Shown: positions 8,924 to 18,369 of the stretch, one piece after another
Layout: each line of letters starts with the position of its first letter
How positions within the stretch are numbered: position 1 is the first letter of the stretch
Assembly: GCA_015232705.1 (NCBI GenBank)
Contig: JADFZD010000001.1
Location: 1-47,826, forward strand
DNA: 47,826 bases
Source of the DNA: Magnetococcales bacterium
GTDB taxonomy: Bacteria > Pseudomonadota > Magnetococcia > Magnetococcales > Magnetaquicoccaceae
Direction: 5' to 3'
Made by a program: the position numbers and the translations under genes
Notes under the pieces: model-generated
Database searches by the model: none
What the model saw: only the letters and a program-made list of their open reading frames with translations
What the model was told of the DNA's origin: nothing

Positions 8924-9607
8924 TCAGGCTCCTTTCTTGGATGTGCGCGTCACCGGTGGTTTCCCGGATGAGACCAGTTCAGGGTAGAGCGGTTCCATCA
9001 GATTCAGAAATTCCTGGGTGGCCTTGCCGCTGGGCGACAGTTCGAATACCGCCCGGCCCTCGCTGAACGAACGACGATAGGCGGTACGCTGGGCAATGCG
9101 GGTTTTCAGAATCGTCACCCCCGGCAATGTCGCCAGGGCAGCTTCGGTCTCGTCCGACTCCCGCAGCATGGGATGTGTATCGGCTCGGTTGATGAAAAGA
9201 TAAATATCCGGTCGCCTGTCACGGTTTGTGGCGGTCTCCTTGATGATCTCCAGAAAGCGCGCCGTGGACCAGACATCCGCCTGACTGGGTGGAACCGGGG
9301 AGAGGATGCGATCCGCCTGGGCGATCGCCTGACGCATGGCCCAAAGGTTCGATGCGCCGACATCCACCAACACCTCGCCCTGATGATGGGCCATGATGCG
9401 CACCGGATCGCTTTCGGAACGATAGACCTTGATTTCGGGCGTGACCCCCTCTTCGCGGCGTACCTCGATGGCATCGCTCAAAGTGGCCTGCGGGTCGAGA
9501 TCGAAGGTGATCACGTCCTTGCCAAGTCGCGCCAGCCAGACCGCCAGATTGAAGGTGATCGTGCTCTTGCCACAGCCGCCTTTCAGGTTGCCAACGACGG
9601 TGATCAT
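8924..9607 (-). CDS. Short ParA/MinD-family ATPase
   Basis: MITVVGNLKGGCGKST, DLDPQAT, LVDVG, PVPPSQADVW; 227 aa with no N-terminal HTH. Confidence 0.92.
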   Translation of the reverse strand: MITVVGNLKGGCGKSTITFNLAVWLARLGKDVITFDLDPQATLSDAIEVRREEGVTPEIKVYRSESDPVRIMAHHQGEVLVDVGASNLWAMRQAIAQADRILSPVPPSQADVWSTARFLEIIKETATNRDRRPDIYLFINRADTHPMLRESDETEAALATLPGVTILKTRIAQRTAYRRSFSEGRAVFELSPSGKATQEFLNLMEPLYPELVSSGKPPVTRTSKKGA

Positions 9608-9918
9608 CTGATTTTATTGCGTTCCTTGAGCGCCTTTGGGGTGAACCGGGATCCAGGAAAGGATCTGTATTTCAGAATCATTCAATCTACGCAATATTTA
9701 TCAAGAATTCAAGTCTCCACCCGCGCATCTGTCCAGGGTGGGATGACATCTGAAATCAGCGCTTCTCAGTCCATGCCACGACGTTCGGAACGGGCAAGCC
9801 CCATGGTTTCGTATCGGGCACGGTGAAAGGGCAACGCCTCAAGGCCGATGAGGTCAAAATGTTCCAAAGCTTCACGTCACGGTGCAGACCAGAGAGCAAC
9901 GGACAACCCAACGTCATG

Positions 9919-9946
9919 AAAAAAAAGGGCGGCCCAAGGGCCGCCC
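9919..9946 (-). terminator. Intrinsic terminator after the sulfur globule genes
   Basis: Minus strand gggcggcccttgggccgccc followed by a T run. Confidence 0.8.
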
Positions 9947-9994
9947 AGATGCATGAATCGTTCTCTAAGGAACGCAATCCATGGCAGGTCAGAC

Positions 9995-10462
9995 TTACTT
10001 GGCAGCCGGAGCCGCTTCGGCGGGCGCAGCGGCGGGAGCCTGCGGAGCGCCCCAGGCACCCGGAGCACCACCCCAACCCGGAGCGCCACCCCAACCCGGA
10101 GCACCACCCCAACCCGGAGCGCCACCCCAACCCGGACCATAGCCGTATCCCGGATTCCAGCCGTTGTTCCAGCCGTTGTTCCAGCCGTTGTTCATGTTGT
10201 TGTTCCAACCGTTGTTCATATTGTTGTTTCCGCTTCCAGCAGCATCGCCGCTCATGTTGAAGCCGAAATTGCCACCGGCGCGTCCATTGCCGGAGCCGGA
10301 GCCGTTGTTGCCCCAGTTGTTGCCCCAGTTGTTGTTGCCCCAGCCATTGTTGTTGCCCCAACCCGGACCATTACCCCACCAAGCGGAAGCTTCCGGCGCC
10401 GTCAGCAGCGCGCTACCGCCAATCAGAACCGCCACTGCCAGCACCTTCATTCCAATCTTCAT
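9995..10462 (-). CDS. Sulfur globule protein, SgpA/SgpB-like
   Basis: Sec signal ending ASA then WWGNGPG; GNFGFNMSG core; GWGGAP repeats; Ala/Pro tail. Same layout as Allochromatium vinosum SgpA as I recall it (ASA-WWGGPG, FNMS, GYGAP repeats, AP tail). Confidence 0.8.
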   Translation of the reverse strand: MKIGMKVLAVAVLIGGSALLTAPEASAWWGNGPGWGNNNGWGNNNWGNNWGNNGSGSGNGRAGGNFGFNMSGDAAGSGNNNMNNGWNNNMNNGWNNGWNNGWNPGYGYGPGWGGAPGWGGAPGWGGAPGWGGAPGAWGAPQAPAAAPAEAAPAAK

Positions 10463-10524
10463 GATCATCTCCAATATAGTATGTGATTGAGAGGGCTAAT
10501 CCTACCTGAATCCACGCAAACCGT

Positions 10525-10965
10525 TTACCACCAGCCACCTGGTCCCCAGTTTCCGGGCCCGTTACCAGACCCCCAGTTACCGGGCCACCAGCCGCCTGGC
10601 CCACCGTTCCAGGGACCGCCCCCTTGAGGCCCCCAGCCGTTGTTCCATCCATTGTTCAGGCCGTTGTTCCAGCCGTTGTTCCAGCCGTTGTTCCACAAAT
10701 TATTCGCCCAACCATCCACATCCCCATCCAGGGTGATGGTCAGGTTGCCACGGGCGCGGCCATTGCCATTGCCACTGCCGTTGCCCCAGCCGTTGTTGCC
10801 CCAGTTGTTGCCCCAGCCGTTGTTGCCCCAGCCGTTGTTGCCCCAGCCGTTGTTGCCCCAGCCGTTGTCCCACGGACCCCACCAGGCAGAGGCCGTCTCG
10901 GGAATCGCCTGACCCAGCAAGGTCAGGAGTCCGGCCAAAGTCAAAATACGCGCCGATCTCTTCAT
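10525..10965 (-). CDS. Second sulfur globule protein-like paralogue
   Basis: Signal ending ASA then WWGPW; GWGNN and GWNN repeats; GNGRARGN shared with the neighbour's GNGRAGGN. Confidence 0.75.
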   Translation of the reverse strand: MKRSARILTLAGLLTLLGQAIPETASAWWGPWDNGWGNNGWGNNGWGNNGWGNNWGNNGWGNGSGNGNGRARGNLTITLDGDVDGWANNLWNNGWNNGWNNGLNNGWNNGWGPQGGGPWNGGPGGWWPGNWGSGNGPGNWGPGGWW

Positions 10966-11084
10966 CGATAAGACTCCTTGTCCAAGAGTAGTGCCGGGCG
11001 GTTTTGCAATCGACTCAAACCACCCATGTTACCGCGAAGCTCCCAAAGGGAGGCGCACGGCAGGGGTCCACCCATCATGCACGC

Positions 11085-11882
11085 TTACCACCAACTGCCG
11101 CGGCGATATCCATCACCCCACGGACGCTCGGAACGAGGCGGCGCTTGAGGTTCATCCTCGGGAAGACGATAGCCCCACCCCTGGCGCGGACGCTCATAGT
11201 AAGAGGGGTCATGCCAACGCCGCTCCACGCGTGGATCAACTGGCGGCTCGTAGGCATCCCAGGGGGAGAGTCCCGCTCCGTAGTAGCCGCGAGCACGATC
11301 CCAGTCCCGTGTGGCCGCCCAGCCTAAAGAGCCTGGATCGTTCAAGGGATTTCCGTATCCCGGATGGGGGGAGCGTCCATAATACGGATTTCCGCTTCCC
11401 CACATCTCCCATTCCGGATAGAGGCCACCTCGCTCAGTCGCGCCCCATGGATCGTACAGTGGCATGTAGCGATACACTTCTCGCGATTCACCTCGCCGAC
11501 CGGCGGCGTCGTAATCATTCCAGGAGTTCCGACGGTTGTCCGCCGGCACCGGCTCGCGCACGCGCCCATCCCCGCGCCAACCCTCACCGGTCTGCTCCTG
11601 CGGTGGTTTCATCTCCCGCATGAACGAACCCATAAATTTGCCCATGCGTTGACCCATCTCCACAGCGTCCCCCTGATCGGTGGCGCCTGCCATGGTGGGC
11701 ATGCCGGGCATGTTGGTCACGCCGGGCATGCCAGTCACGCCTGGCATGCCAGTCACGCCGGGCATGGAAGGCATGCCCTCGGCGATGGGGTTTCCGGCTT
11801 CCGCGTTCACCGCGCGACCCATCCAAAACAGTCCGATGGCCACGGCAAAAACTAAGTTTTGATAACGCAGAGAAATCCTCAT
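11085..11882 (-). CDS. Secreted low-complexity protein (MPGVTG repeats; Gly/Trp/Tyr/Arg-rich)
   Basis: Signal ending VNA; MPGVTG/MPGVTN repeats; MGQRMGKFMGSFMREM helix; YDPW, PWD motifs; ends WW. Confidence 0.75.
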   Translation of the reverse strand: MRISLRYQNLVFAVAIGLFWMGRAVNAEAGNPIAEGMPSMPGVTGMPGVTGMPGVTNMPGMPTMAGATDQGDAVEMGQRMGKFMGSFMREMKPPQEQTGEGWRGDGRVREPVPADNRRNSWNDYDAAGRRGESREVYRYMPLYDPWGATERGGLYPEWEMWGSGNPYYGRSPHPGYGNPLNDPGSLGWAATRDWDRARGYYGAGLSPWDAYEPPVDPRVERRWHDPSYYERPRQGWGYRLPEDEPQAPPRSERPWGDGYRRGSWW

Positions 11883-12110
11883 CGGTTCACCGCTGGATCC
11901 TGGGTTCGAATCTGGTGCGTCAGACAGGCGCTTATCGACCCATGATATCAATTTGTGCTGTTGTGAAACCAGGAAAGAAATCCCTCCGTGACCATTATTT
12001 GTATATGATAATTTTCTAATATACCCTTTCCGGTACGATTGCAAGGGAATTTTCATGGGCGGCTCATTTTTTTGACCAAAAAAGTCAGAATTAGGTTCCT
12101 GGATGCCATC

Positions 12111-12731
12111 TTATGGCGCTTGCTTTTGATAATCCTTGGGAATTTGAAACAGCTCCACAGGTTGAGGCCCCTCCTGGATGTTGGAAAGTTCGACTTGCAA
12201 ACCATCGGCATAGCGCTCACGGATGGCAATTCCCAATCGGGTATCGATCCAGAGATGGGCTTGGGGGATTTCGAGATGGTCTGGACCCCTCTGCGCGATC
12301 TCCCAGTGGATGGTTTGCCGACTATCGATTTTTTCGGTTCCAATCGCGCGACAGATGAGTGATTTATCGCGTCGGCAGGGGCTGTTCGGATCATCGGGCA
12401 AAAATGGGCGGGATGGGCTGATTCCTTTACGCTCTGAATATATCTTTTGATCTGGAGCAAGTATCCATGTGGTTTTTTCGATGGCGGGGTATATCATGAC
12501 GATCTGAATCCCATCCCGCAGGCTTTCACCGCGAACCCCATCTTTAGAAACAAACATTTTTCCGCGGCTATGGGGATTTTTTTTATCCGGACGGGAGCGC
12601 GTCACATCCGCGGAAAAGGGTATGGTGACCGATTCGGCCATCAGAGGGGGGGCAGAGAGGGTCAGCAGGAGGAGGATGCCGGTCCAGGAAAGAGAGGGTC
12701 GCTTCAGGGAGTGGTCGATGTTTCTGGACAT
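12111..12731 (-). CDS. DUF4412/LolA-like-fold periplasmic protein
   Basis: Signal peptide; FSAD, GKMFVS, G.E.I..R.T.HW, W.D..LG, NIQEGPQP..LF.IP.DY pattern; start uncertain. Confidence 0.7.
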   Translation of the reverse strand: MSRNIDHSLKRPSLSWTGILLLLTLSAPPLMAESVTIPFSADVTRSRPDKKNPHSRGKMFVSKDGVRGESLRDGIQIVMIYPAIEKTTWILAPDQKIYSERKGISPSRPFLPDDPNSPCRRDKSLICRAIGTEKIDSRQTIHWEIAQRGPDHLEIPQAHLWIDTRLGIAIRERYADGLQVELSNIQEGPQPVELFQIPKDYQKQAP

Positions 12732-13050
12732 TTTTGCGCGCTGGTACGAGGAAAGGTAGGTAACGTGCGTGCGGGGTGCGACCCCCCTTTCAGCCATGAA
12801 TCTCATGACGGGAGGTGCATCGGAATGGACTTTTTCGTAAGCGTTATCCCTCACCTCCACCATCCGTGGAACACCCGATGGGCGTCACAAAAAAAAGAGA
12901 TCTGTTGATCATGCCATTCATGGAAGCCCCAAACTTGCGACGTTCGCAGTCACTTCCAATTTGGCTGCCAGAGCGTTTTGCAATCCGGCTGGCATCCCTG
13001 ATCCGCATCGGCAGTTCGGAAAATGCCGGACTCTCTCCAAAAAGCTGAGA

Positions 13051-13785
13051 TCAGCGCTCCTCCGGCCAGTAGCGTCCGCCCGAAGATCCGCTGCCACGTC
13101 CCCACCAATTGCCTTCACTCCGAGGCCGCTCCTCTTCATAGCCGCCTGCGCGCGGATAGCGCTCCTCATATCCGCCACGCTCTCGGGAAGGATCCTCTCC
13201 CGAACGGTAGCCTCCGCGTCCATCGTTCCGTTGATAGGGTCCGTCCCAGCGGGAGTAACCCCCTCGATCCGGCGGATAATCGCGATATCCTAGGCGGTTC
13301 GGATCCTGATCCCGCCCATAACCGTCACCCCAGCGTTCACCCACAGGGGAGGAATAGCGCTCATCCAACTCATTCCGTTGGCCGGATCCGCCACCATGGG
13401 CATAACCGGGATCCTCCCATTGCGAGGGTACCCTTCCCCAAGGACGGCTTGAGCCGCGAGCCCCTTCGTTCCAGCCGCGACCCGGGCCGCGCATGGCACC
13501 GCTCATCGGTGGAGCCTCTTCCCTCCGCCCCTCGCGCCACGGTATGCTGCGATCATCCTCTTCGTAGTCGCGGCGCGGCTGGGCCGGACGGACCTTGAAC
13601 GGCGTTTTCTCCGGTTCGACCCGATAAAAGCCGGAATTCCATTGGGAATCCTCTTCGGCAGACGCCAACGGCGCCCAGCCGGTGATGATCCACAAAACCA
13701 GAACGATCGTCCGTTGCGTGCCACGTCGTGCAGCACCCAACCAGAACCAATCCATATGATGCATCGACGATTCCATCGGCCTCAT
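13051..13785 (-). CDS. Secreted Arg/Gly/Trp/Tyr-rich disordered protein
   Basis: ATGA overlap with the upstream stop; signal ending ASA; RPWG, RGGY repeats. Confidence 0.7.
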   Translation of the reverse strand: MRPMESSMHHMDWFWLGAARRGTQRTIVLVLWIITGWAPLASAEEDSQWNSGFYRVEPEKTPFKVRPAQPRRDYEEDDRSIPWREGRREEAPPMSGAMRGPGRGWNEGARGSSRPWGRVPSQWEDPGYAHGGGSGQRNELDERYSSPVGERWGDGYGRDQDPNRLGYRDYPPDRGGYSRWDGPYQRNDGRGGYRSGEDPSRERGGYEERYPRAGGYEEERPRSEGNWWGRGSGSSGGRYWPEER

Positions 13786-14501
13786 CTCCAGGGATTGCCG
13801 TCCTGACCATACCACTCACTGCCTGGATTCCAGCCCTCCCCAGAGGGCGATGGATCGGTCAGCGGACCTGCGGGGAGAGTCAAGACGCCTCGTGACGGAA
13901 TCTCCCCAGAGAGGTCCGGGGGTGGTTCCCTGCCAGGCCGACCAGGGGCTCCCAACACCGACGGCGATGGCGCGAACAGCGGATCCTCCCCGCTCATGAA
14001 TCCCTGCTCAATCCGCTCGATGGCGGGTTGGCTTGAAGGCCCATTCGTGCCAACGTCCGATGAACCCGCTTTGGAATTCGGCGCCTTTTCCGGCTTTCGT
14101 CCCCGTTCCGACACTCCCCCTTCCCCTGCGCGATCCATGGATCGCACACTCCCCTGGGGAGGCGGACGGCTCCCTTCATCCCGTTTCCCAGGTGGCAGAC
14201 GACGCTTCTCCTGCCCGACTTTCCCAGGGGGGGCGGGAGGTGGCGGCTGGGGAGCCTCCTCGAACTGCTGAAACGGACCATCCTCCATAAGATGCAGTGG
14301 TTTCTCACGCTCTGGAGCACCAGAGTCCCGAGGATTCCCCCACAATCGGATGCCACCATCGGATTCGGATGGGCCGAAAGCGCCCTCCTGATTGGGCAGA
14401 TGAACCGGTTTTTCTTCGCCAAACGCCCATACCTGACTTGCGAGCGTACAGCCGATCAGAAGCATCGTCACGACCAGACCGCTGCGCGCGCCACGACTCA
14501 T
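13782..14501 (-). CDS. Secreted Pro/Gly/Glu-rich disordered protein
   Basis: TGATG overlap with the RND stop; signal ending VWA; ends GNPWR. Confidence 0.7.
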   Translation of the reverse strand: MSRGARSGLVVTMLLIGCTLASQVWAFGEEKPVHLPNQEGAFGPSESDGGIRLWGNPRDSGAPEREKPLHLMEDGPFQQFEEAPQPPPPAPPGKVGQEKRRLPPGKRDEGSRPPPQGSVRSMDRAGEGGVSERGRKPEKAPNSKAGSSDVGTNGPSSQPAIERIEQGFMSGEDPLFAPSPSVLGAPGRPGREPPPDLSGEIPSRGVLTLPAGPLTDPSPSGEGWNPGSEWYGQDGNPWR

Positions 14502-17500
14502 CAAGCGTCCCCGCGCGACTCGTCCGTCTTACCGTGATCGCTTTTCAGGCGAATGCCACGCCGGACAATAGGCTTAGGCTTGGACTCCTCGCTGCCGGTT
14601 TCACCGGGCTCGATCCTGGATTCCGGAATGATTTCGCGTGGCGCGTTCACCTCTGGAACCGAGGTCTCGGTTCGCGTCTGAGTGGTGGTCGGTTGCGGGA
14701 TCGGTGCGGCACCCGTATCCGGCTCCAGCACCACGGGCGGCATCGGCGGCGGCGTTACCGGCTTCGGTCGGGCCTTGGGTTTGGACTTCTTGGGACGAAA
14801 GATCAGCCCACAGAAGAGTTGCCAGAGGGCGAGCAGAATTCCGGTCCTCGGCGTCTTGTTCACCTTGGCCTGCTTGGGTGCGGAAGAAGCGGGCAGATCG
14901 GCCTCGCAGACTCCGGCGCCACCGGCATGCGACGAAGGCATATGTTCCGGATGGACGAAAGCATGGCTGGCGCTCACGCAGCCCAACGGAATCACCAGCA
15001 GAGTCAGCAGGGTCGAGACCAGGGAACCGAACAGCAGAGAAATCGCCATGCCCTGGAAGATGAAATCCCCCAGGATCACGCTCGATCCGGCCACAAGCGC
15101 CAGAGCGGTGATGATGATGGGCCGGGTGCGTGCCTTGCACGAGAGAATCACCGCATCGCGCACGCTGGTGCCGCGCATGATCTCCTGTTGGGCGAAGTCC
15201 ACCAGCAGAATCGAGTTGCGCACGATGATCCCTGCCAGGGCAATGAAACCGATCATCGAGGTGGCGGTGAATTTGGCGTCCAGAAGCCAGTGCCCCGGCA
15301 GAATTCCCAACAGCGTCAACGGGATCGGCGCCATGATCACCGCCGGCAGCACGAAGTTGCCAAACTCCCACACCACCAACATGTAGATCAGGATCAAGGC
15401 CACGCCAAAGGCCAATCCCATGTCGCGGAAGGTTTCATAGGTGACCACCCATTCTCCGGTCCATTCAAAGGCCGATTGGGTGTAGCTCTTGGGCGGACCC
15501 ATCATCTCGCCGGTGATCTTCACGCCATCCGGCGCGGTGTAACTCTTGAGCATCGCCTCCACGTCCATCATGGCGTAGATCGGTGCATCCAAACGCCCTT
15601 CCACCTCGGCGGTCACATACTCGACCGGTCGCAGATCCTTGTGGAAGATGATCGGATCGTGCGCCTGCTTGACAAAACGACCCAACTCGCCCAACGGCAC
15701 GATTTTGCCCTGGGGGTTGATCAGGGGAAGATCGCTCACGCTCGAAATGTTGGAACGCACTCCCATCGGCACTTGCAACACGATATAGGTCGGTTCGAGC
15801 ACGCTGCCGCGCTTCACGTCACCCACCTGGGCGCCACCCATGGCCATGCCGAGGTTGCGGTTGATGGCCTCCACGGTGATGCCACGGCGGACCGCCTTTT
15901 CGGTGTCCACCTCGAACCGCCAGATGTCATAGGGTTCGCGCATGTAGGTATCGACATCCACCAGGGAGGGCGATTTCTTGAACATGGCCTCCATGTCACG
16001 CGCCAGTTTGTGACGGGTGTCGGCATCCGGACCGGTCACCTCCGCGACCACGGATTGCAGCACAGGCGGTCCGGGCGGCATCTCCACGATCTCGATGTTG
16101 GCACCGACCTCGCGCGCCATCGGCGTGAGCAGTTTCCGTGCGTCGACGGCGATGTCGTGGCTGGTACGCTTGCGTTTGCTCTTGTGCAGCAGCTGCACCT
16201 GGATGTCGGCGTGCCAGGCATCCTGACGGAGATAGTAATGCCGCACCATGCCGTTGAAGTTGAACGGCGAGGCTGAACCCACATAGGTTTGCAGCGCCGT
16301 GACCTCCGGGATCTGGGTTTTAAGCGCTTGGGTCATGCGCCTTGCCAGATTGGTGGTCTTGGGCATGGCCGTCCCTTCCGCCATGTTGATCACCACGTTG
16401 AACTCTGGCTTGTTGTCGAGCGGCAGGATCTTCACCGTGACATCCGTGGTGTAGAAAAGCAGCATCGACAAAAAAAACAGTCCGATGAGCAGCAGCAGGA
16501 AGCCATACCCCTTGACCTTGCTGTCCAGCAGGGCCGGGATGATCCAGCGAAAGAATCTTTCCAGACGTTCCGAGCTTTTAAGCTCACGGTCGGAGTGGTG
16601 ATGCAAGGAGCGCATGCTCGGTTTGATGAGCTGTGCCAGCCAGGGGGTGAAGATGAAGGCGGCAAGCAGCGAAAAGAGCATGGCTACCGAGCCCAAGGCC
16701 GGGATCGGCAGCATGTAGGGGCCCATCATGCCGCGCACGAAGCCCATGGGCAACAGGGCGGCGATCACGGTGAAGGTGGCGAGAATCGTCGGGTTGCCGA
16801 CCTCGCGCACCGCATCGATGGAGATCAGATGGCAGCATTTGTCCTCCAGCAGCCAGCGCCGGTAGATGTTTTCCACCACGACGATGGCGTCATCCACCAG
16901 GATGCCAATGGAGAAGATCAAGGCGAACAGACTCACGCGGTCGATGGTATAGCCCATGATGAGCGCCGCGAAGACGGTCATCAGGATCACCACCGGGATC
17001 ACGATCAGGGTGACGGTCGCCGGTTTGAAGCCGAGGGCGAACCATACGAGTACCGTGACCGCCATGGTGGCGACCAGCAGCTTGAAGAGCAGTTCGTTGA
17101 CCTTTTCGTTGGCGGTCTCGCCGTAGTTGCGAGTGACGGCGACGTTGACGTTCTTGGGGATCAGTCGCCCTTTGAGCTCCTCGATCTTGGCGAGCACGCC
17201 ATTGGCCACGGTGACGCCGTTGGCGCCCTTCTTCTTGGCGACCGCGACGGTCACCGCTGCCGCCTGGTTGGCCTTCGGGCCATTGGGATCAGCCGCCGGA
17301 CCGGTGGTGTAGGTTGCCATGCGTTGCGTCTCCTCCGGACCGGAGAAGACTTCAGCCACATCACGCACCCGGATCGGCTGGTCGCCGTGGGTGCCGATCA
17401 TCAGGCGGGCCACGTCGTGGGCGTTTTTCAGAAAGGCGCCGGAGTAGACCTGAAAGCCCAAGTCCGAGGATTCGACGCTGCCCAAACCCTTTTCGCTGTT

Positions 17501-18199
17501 GGCCGTGCGGATGGCCTGGGCGATCTGGTCGAGGGAAATGCCATAACCGCTGAGACGTTCAGGAGAGACTTCGACCCGGATCTGCTCCGGACGACCGCCG
17601 ACCACGAAGCTCTGGCTGGCGTTTTCCACTTCGTTGAGCTTTTGCAGAACGTCAAGAGCCAGAATGCGCAGCGAGGAGTCATCCACATCGTTGGACCAGA
17701 GGGTCAGGGTGACCACTGGCACGTCATCCACCGCCTTCGGCTTGACCAGAGGTTTGGTCACGTCCGGAGGGATCAGATCCATATGGGATTCGAGCTTGTC
17801 GTAGAGCTTGACCAGTGACGCCTCCATGTCCTGGCCCACGTCGAACTCGACGGTCACCATCGCCTGACCGCGCACCGAAGCGGAATAGACGTGTTTGACC
17901 CCTTTGATTTCGCTCATGATCCGTTCAAGAGGCTCGGCCACGAGGGTGGAGACCTGATCCGCCGAGGCACCGGTGTAGCGCACAAAAATGTCCACCATCG
18001 GCACCGAGATTTGGGGATCCTCCTGACGTGGCGTGAGGATCAGTCCCATGATGCCCATGGCCAGACAGGCAAAAAGCAGCAGTGGCGAGAGTGGCGAGTG
18101 GATGAAAGTCTTGGCCATCGAACCCGCCACCCCGAGATTGTGCGCAAGGGTGGTGGGAGTCGGGGGAGGGGGCAGCGAATCTTTGTGGGATGTCGTCAT
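14501..18199 (-). CDS. RND (AcrB/AcrD/AcrF family) transporter
   Basis: 12-TM RND layout; GILVDDAIVVVEN, GIIVRNSILLVDF, RTRPIIIT; Pro-rich C-terminal extension. Confidence 0.95.
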   Translation of the reverse strand: MTTSHKDSLPPPPTPTTLAHNLGVAGSMAKTFIHSPLSPLLLFACLAMGIMGLILTPRQEDPQISVPMVDIFVRYTGASADQVSTLVAEPLERIMSEIKGVKHVYSASVRGQAMVTVEFDVGQDMEASLVKLYDKLESHMDLIPPDVTKPLVKPKAVDDVPVVTLTLWSNDVDDSSLRILALDVLQKLNEVENASQSFVVGGRPEQIRVEVSPERLSGYGISLDQIAQAIRTANSEKGLGSVESSDLGFQVYSGAFLKNAHDVARLMIGTHGDQPIRVRDVAEVFSGPEETQRMATYTTGPAADPNGPKANQAAAVTVAVAKKKGANGVTVANGVLAKIEELKGRLIPKNVNVAVTRNYGETANEKVNELLFKLLVATMAVTVLVWFALGFKPATVTLIVIPVVILMTVFAALIMGYTIDRVSLFALIFSIGILVDDAIVVVENIYRRWLLEDKCCHLISIDAVREVGNPTILATFTVIAALLPMGFVRGMMGPYMLPIPALGSVAMLFSLLAAFIFTPWLAQLIKPSMRSLHHHSDRELKSSERLERFFRWIIPALLDSKVKGYGFLLLLIGLFFLSMLLFYTTDVTVKILPLDNKPEFNVVINMAEGTAMPKTTNLARRMTQALKTQIPEVTALQTYVGSASPFNFNGMVRHYYLRQDAWHADIQVQLLHKSKRKRTSHDIAVDARKLLTPMAREVGANIEIVEMPPGPPVLQSVVAEVTGPDADTRHKLARDMEAMFKKSPSLVDVDTYMREPYDIWRFEVDTEKAVRRGITVEAINRNLGMAMGGAQVGDVKRGSVLEPTYIVLQVPMGVRSNISSVSDLPLINPQGKIVPLGELGRFVKQAHDPIIFHKDLRPVEYVTAEVEGRLDAPIYAMMDVEAMLKSYTAPDGVKITGEMMGPPKSYTQSAFEWTGEWVVTYETFRDMGLAFGVALILIYMLVVWEFGNFVLPAVIMAPIPLTLLGILPGHWLLDAKFTATSMIGFIALAGIIVRNSILLVDFAQQEIMRGTSVRDAVILSCKARTRPIIITALALVAGSSVILGDFIFQGMAISLLFGSLVSTLLTLLVIPLGCVSASHAFVHPEHMPSSHAGGAGVCEADLPASSAPKQAKVNKTPRTGILLALWQLFCGLIFRPKKSKPKARPKPVTPPPMPPVVLEPDTGAAPIPQPTTTQTRTETSVPEVNAPREIIPESRIEPGETGSEESKPKPIVRRGIRLKSDHGKTDESRGDA

Positions 18200-18369
18200 G
18201 GTTCGCGCTTCCGGGTCGCAGGGTTCGGGGCCACCGCTCAGGAGAGGTCTTTAATGGTTGAAGCGGAACTCGTTACCGAGGTCGCTCCGGATGGGTCAGG
18301 AGTGTGGTGCTCTTGGTGAGGAAGCGCCACGGATGGGGGGTGGGGATTCACCCCCCATCAAGCCAATGC

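Noticed and set aside
10060-10870. Short tandem repeats (ccagccgttgtt, ccccaacccggagc) as a CRISPR array
   Set aside because: Periods of 12, 15 and 18 bp with no unique spacers; they encode Sgp peptide repeats
8186-14501. Magnetosome island genes
   Set aside because: No recognisable Mam/Mms motifs; the repeat proteins fit sulfur globule proteins better
14297-17818. Long plus-strand ORFs (659 and 509 aa), and likewise 37250-39274 and 44417-46015
   Set aside because: Antisense shadows of well-supported GC-rich genes
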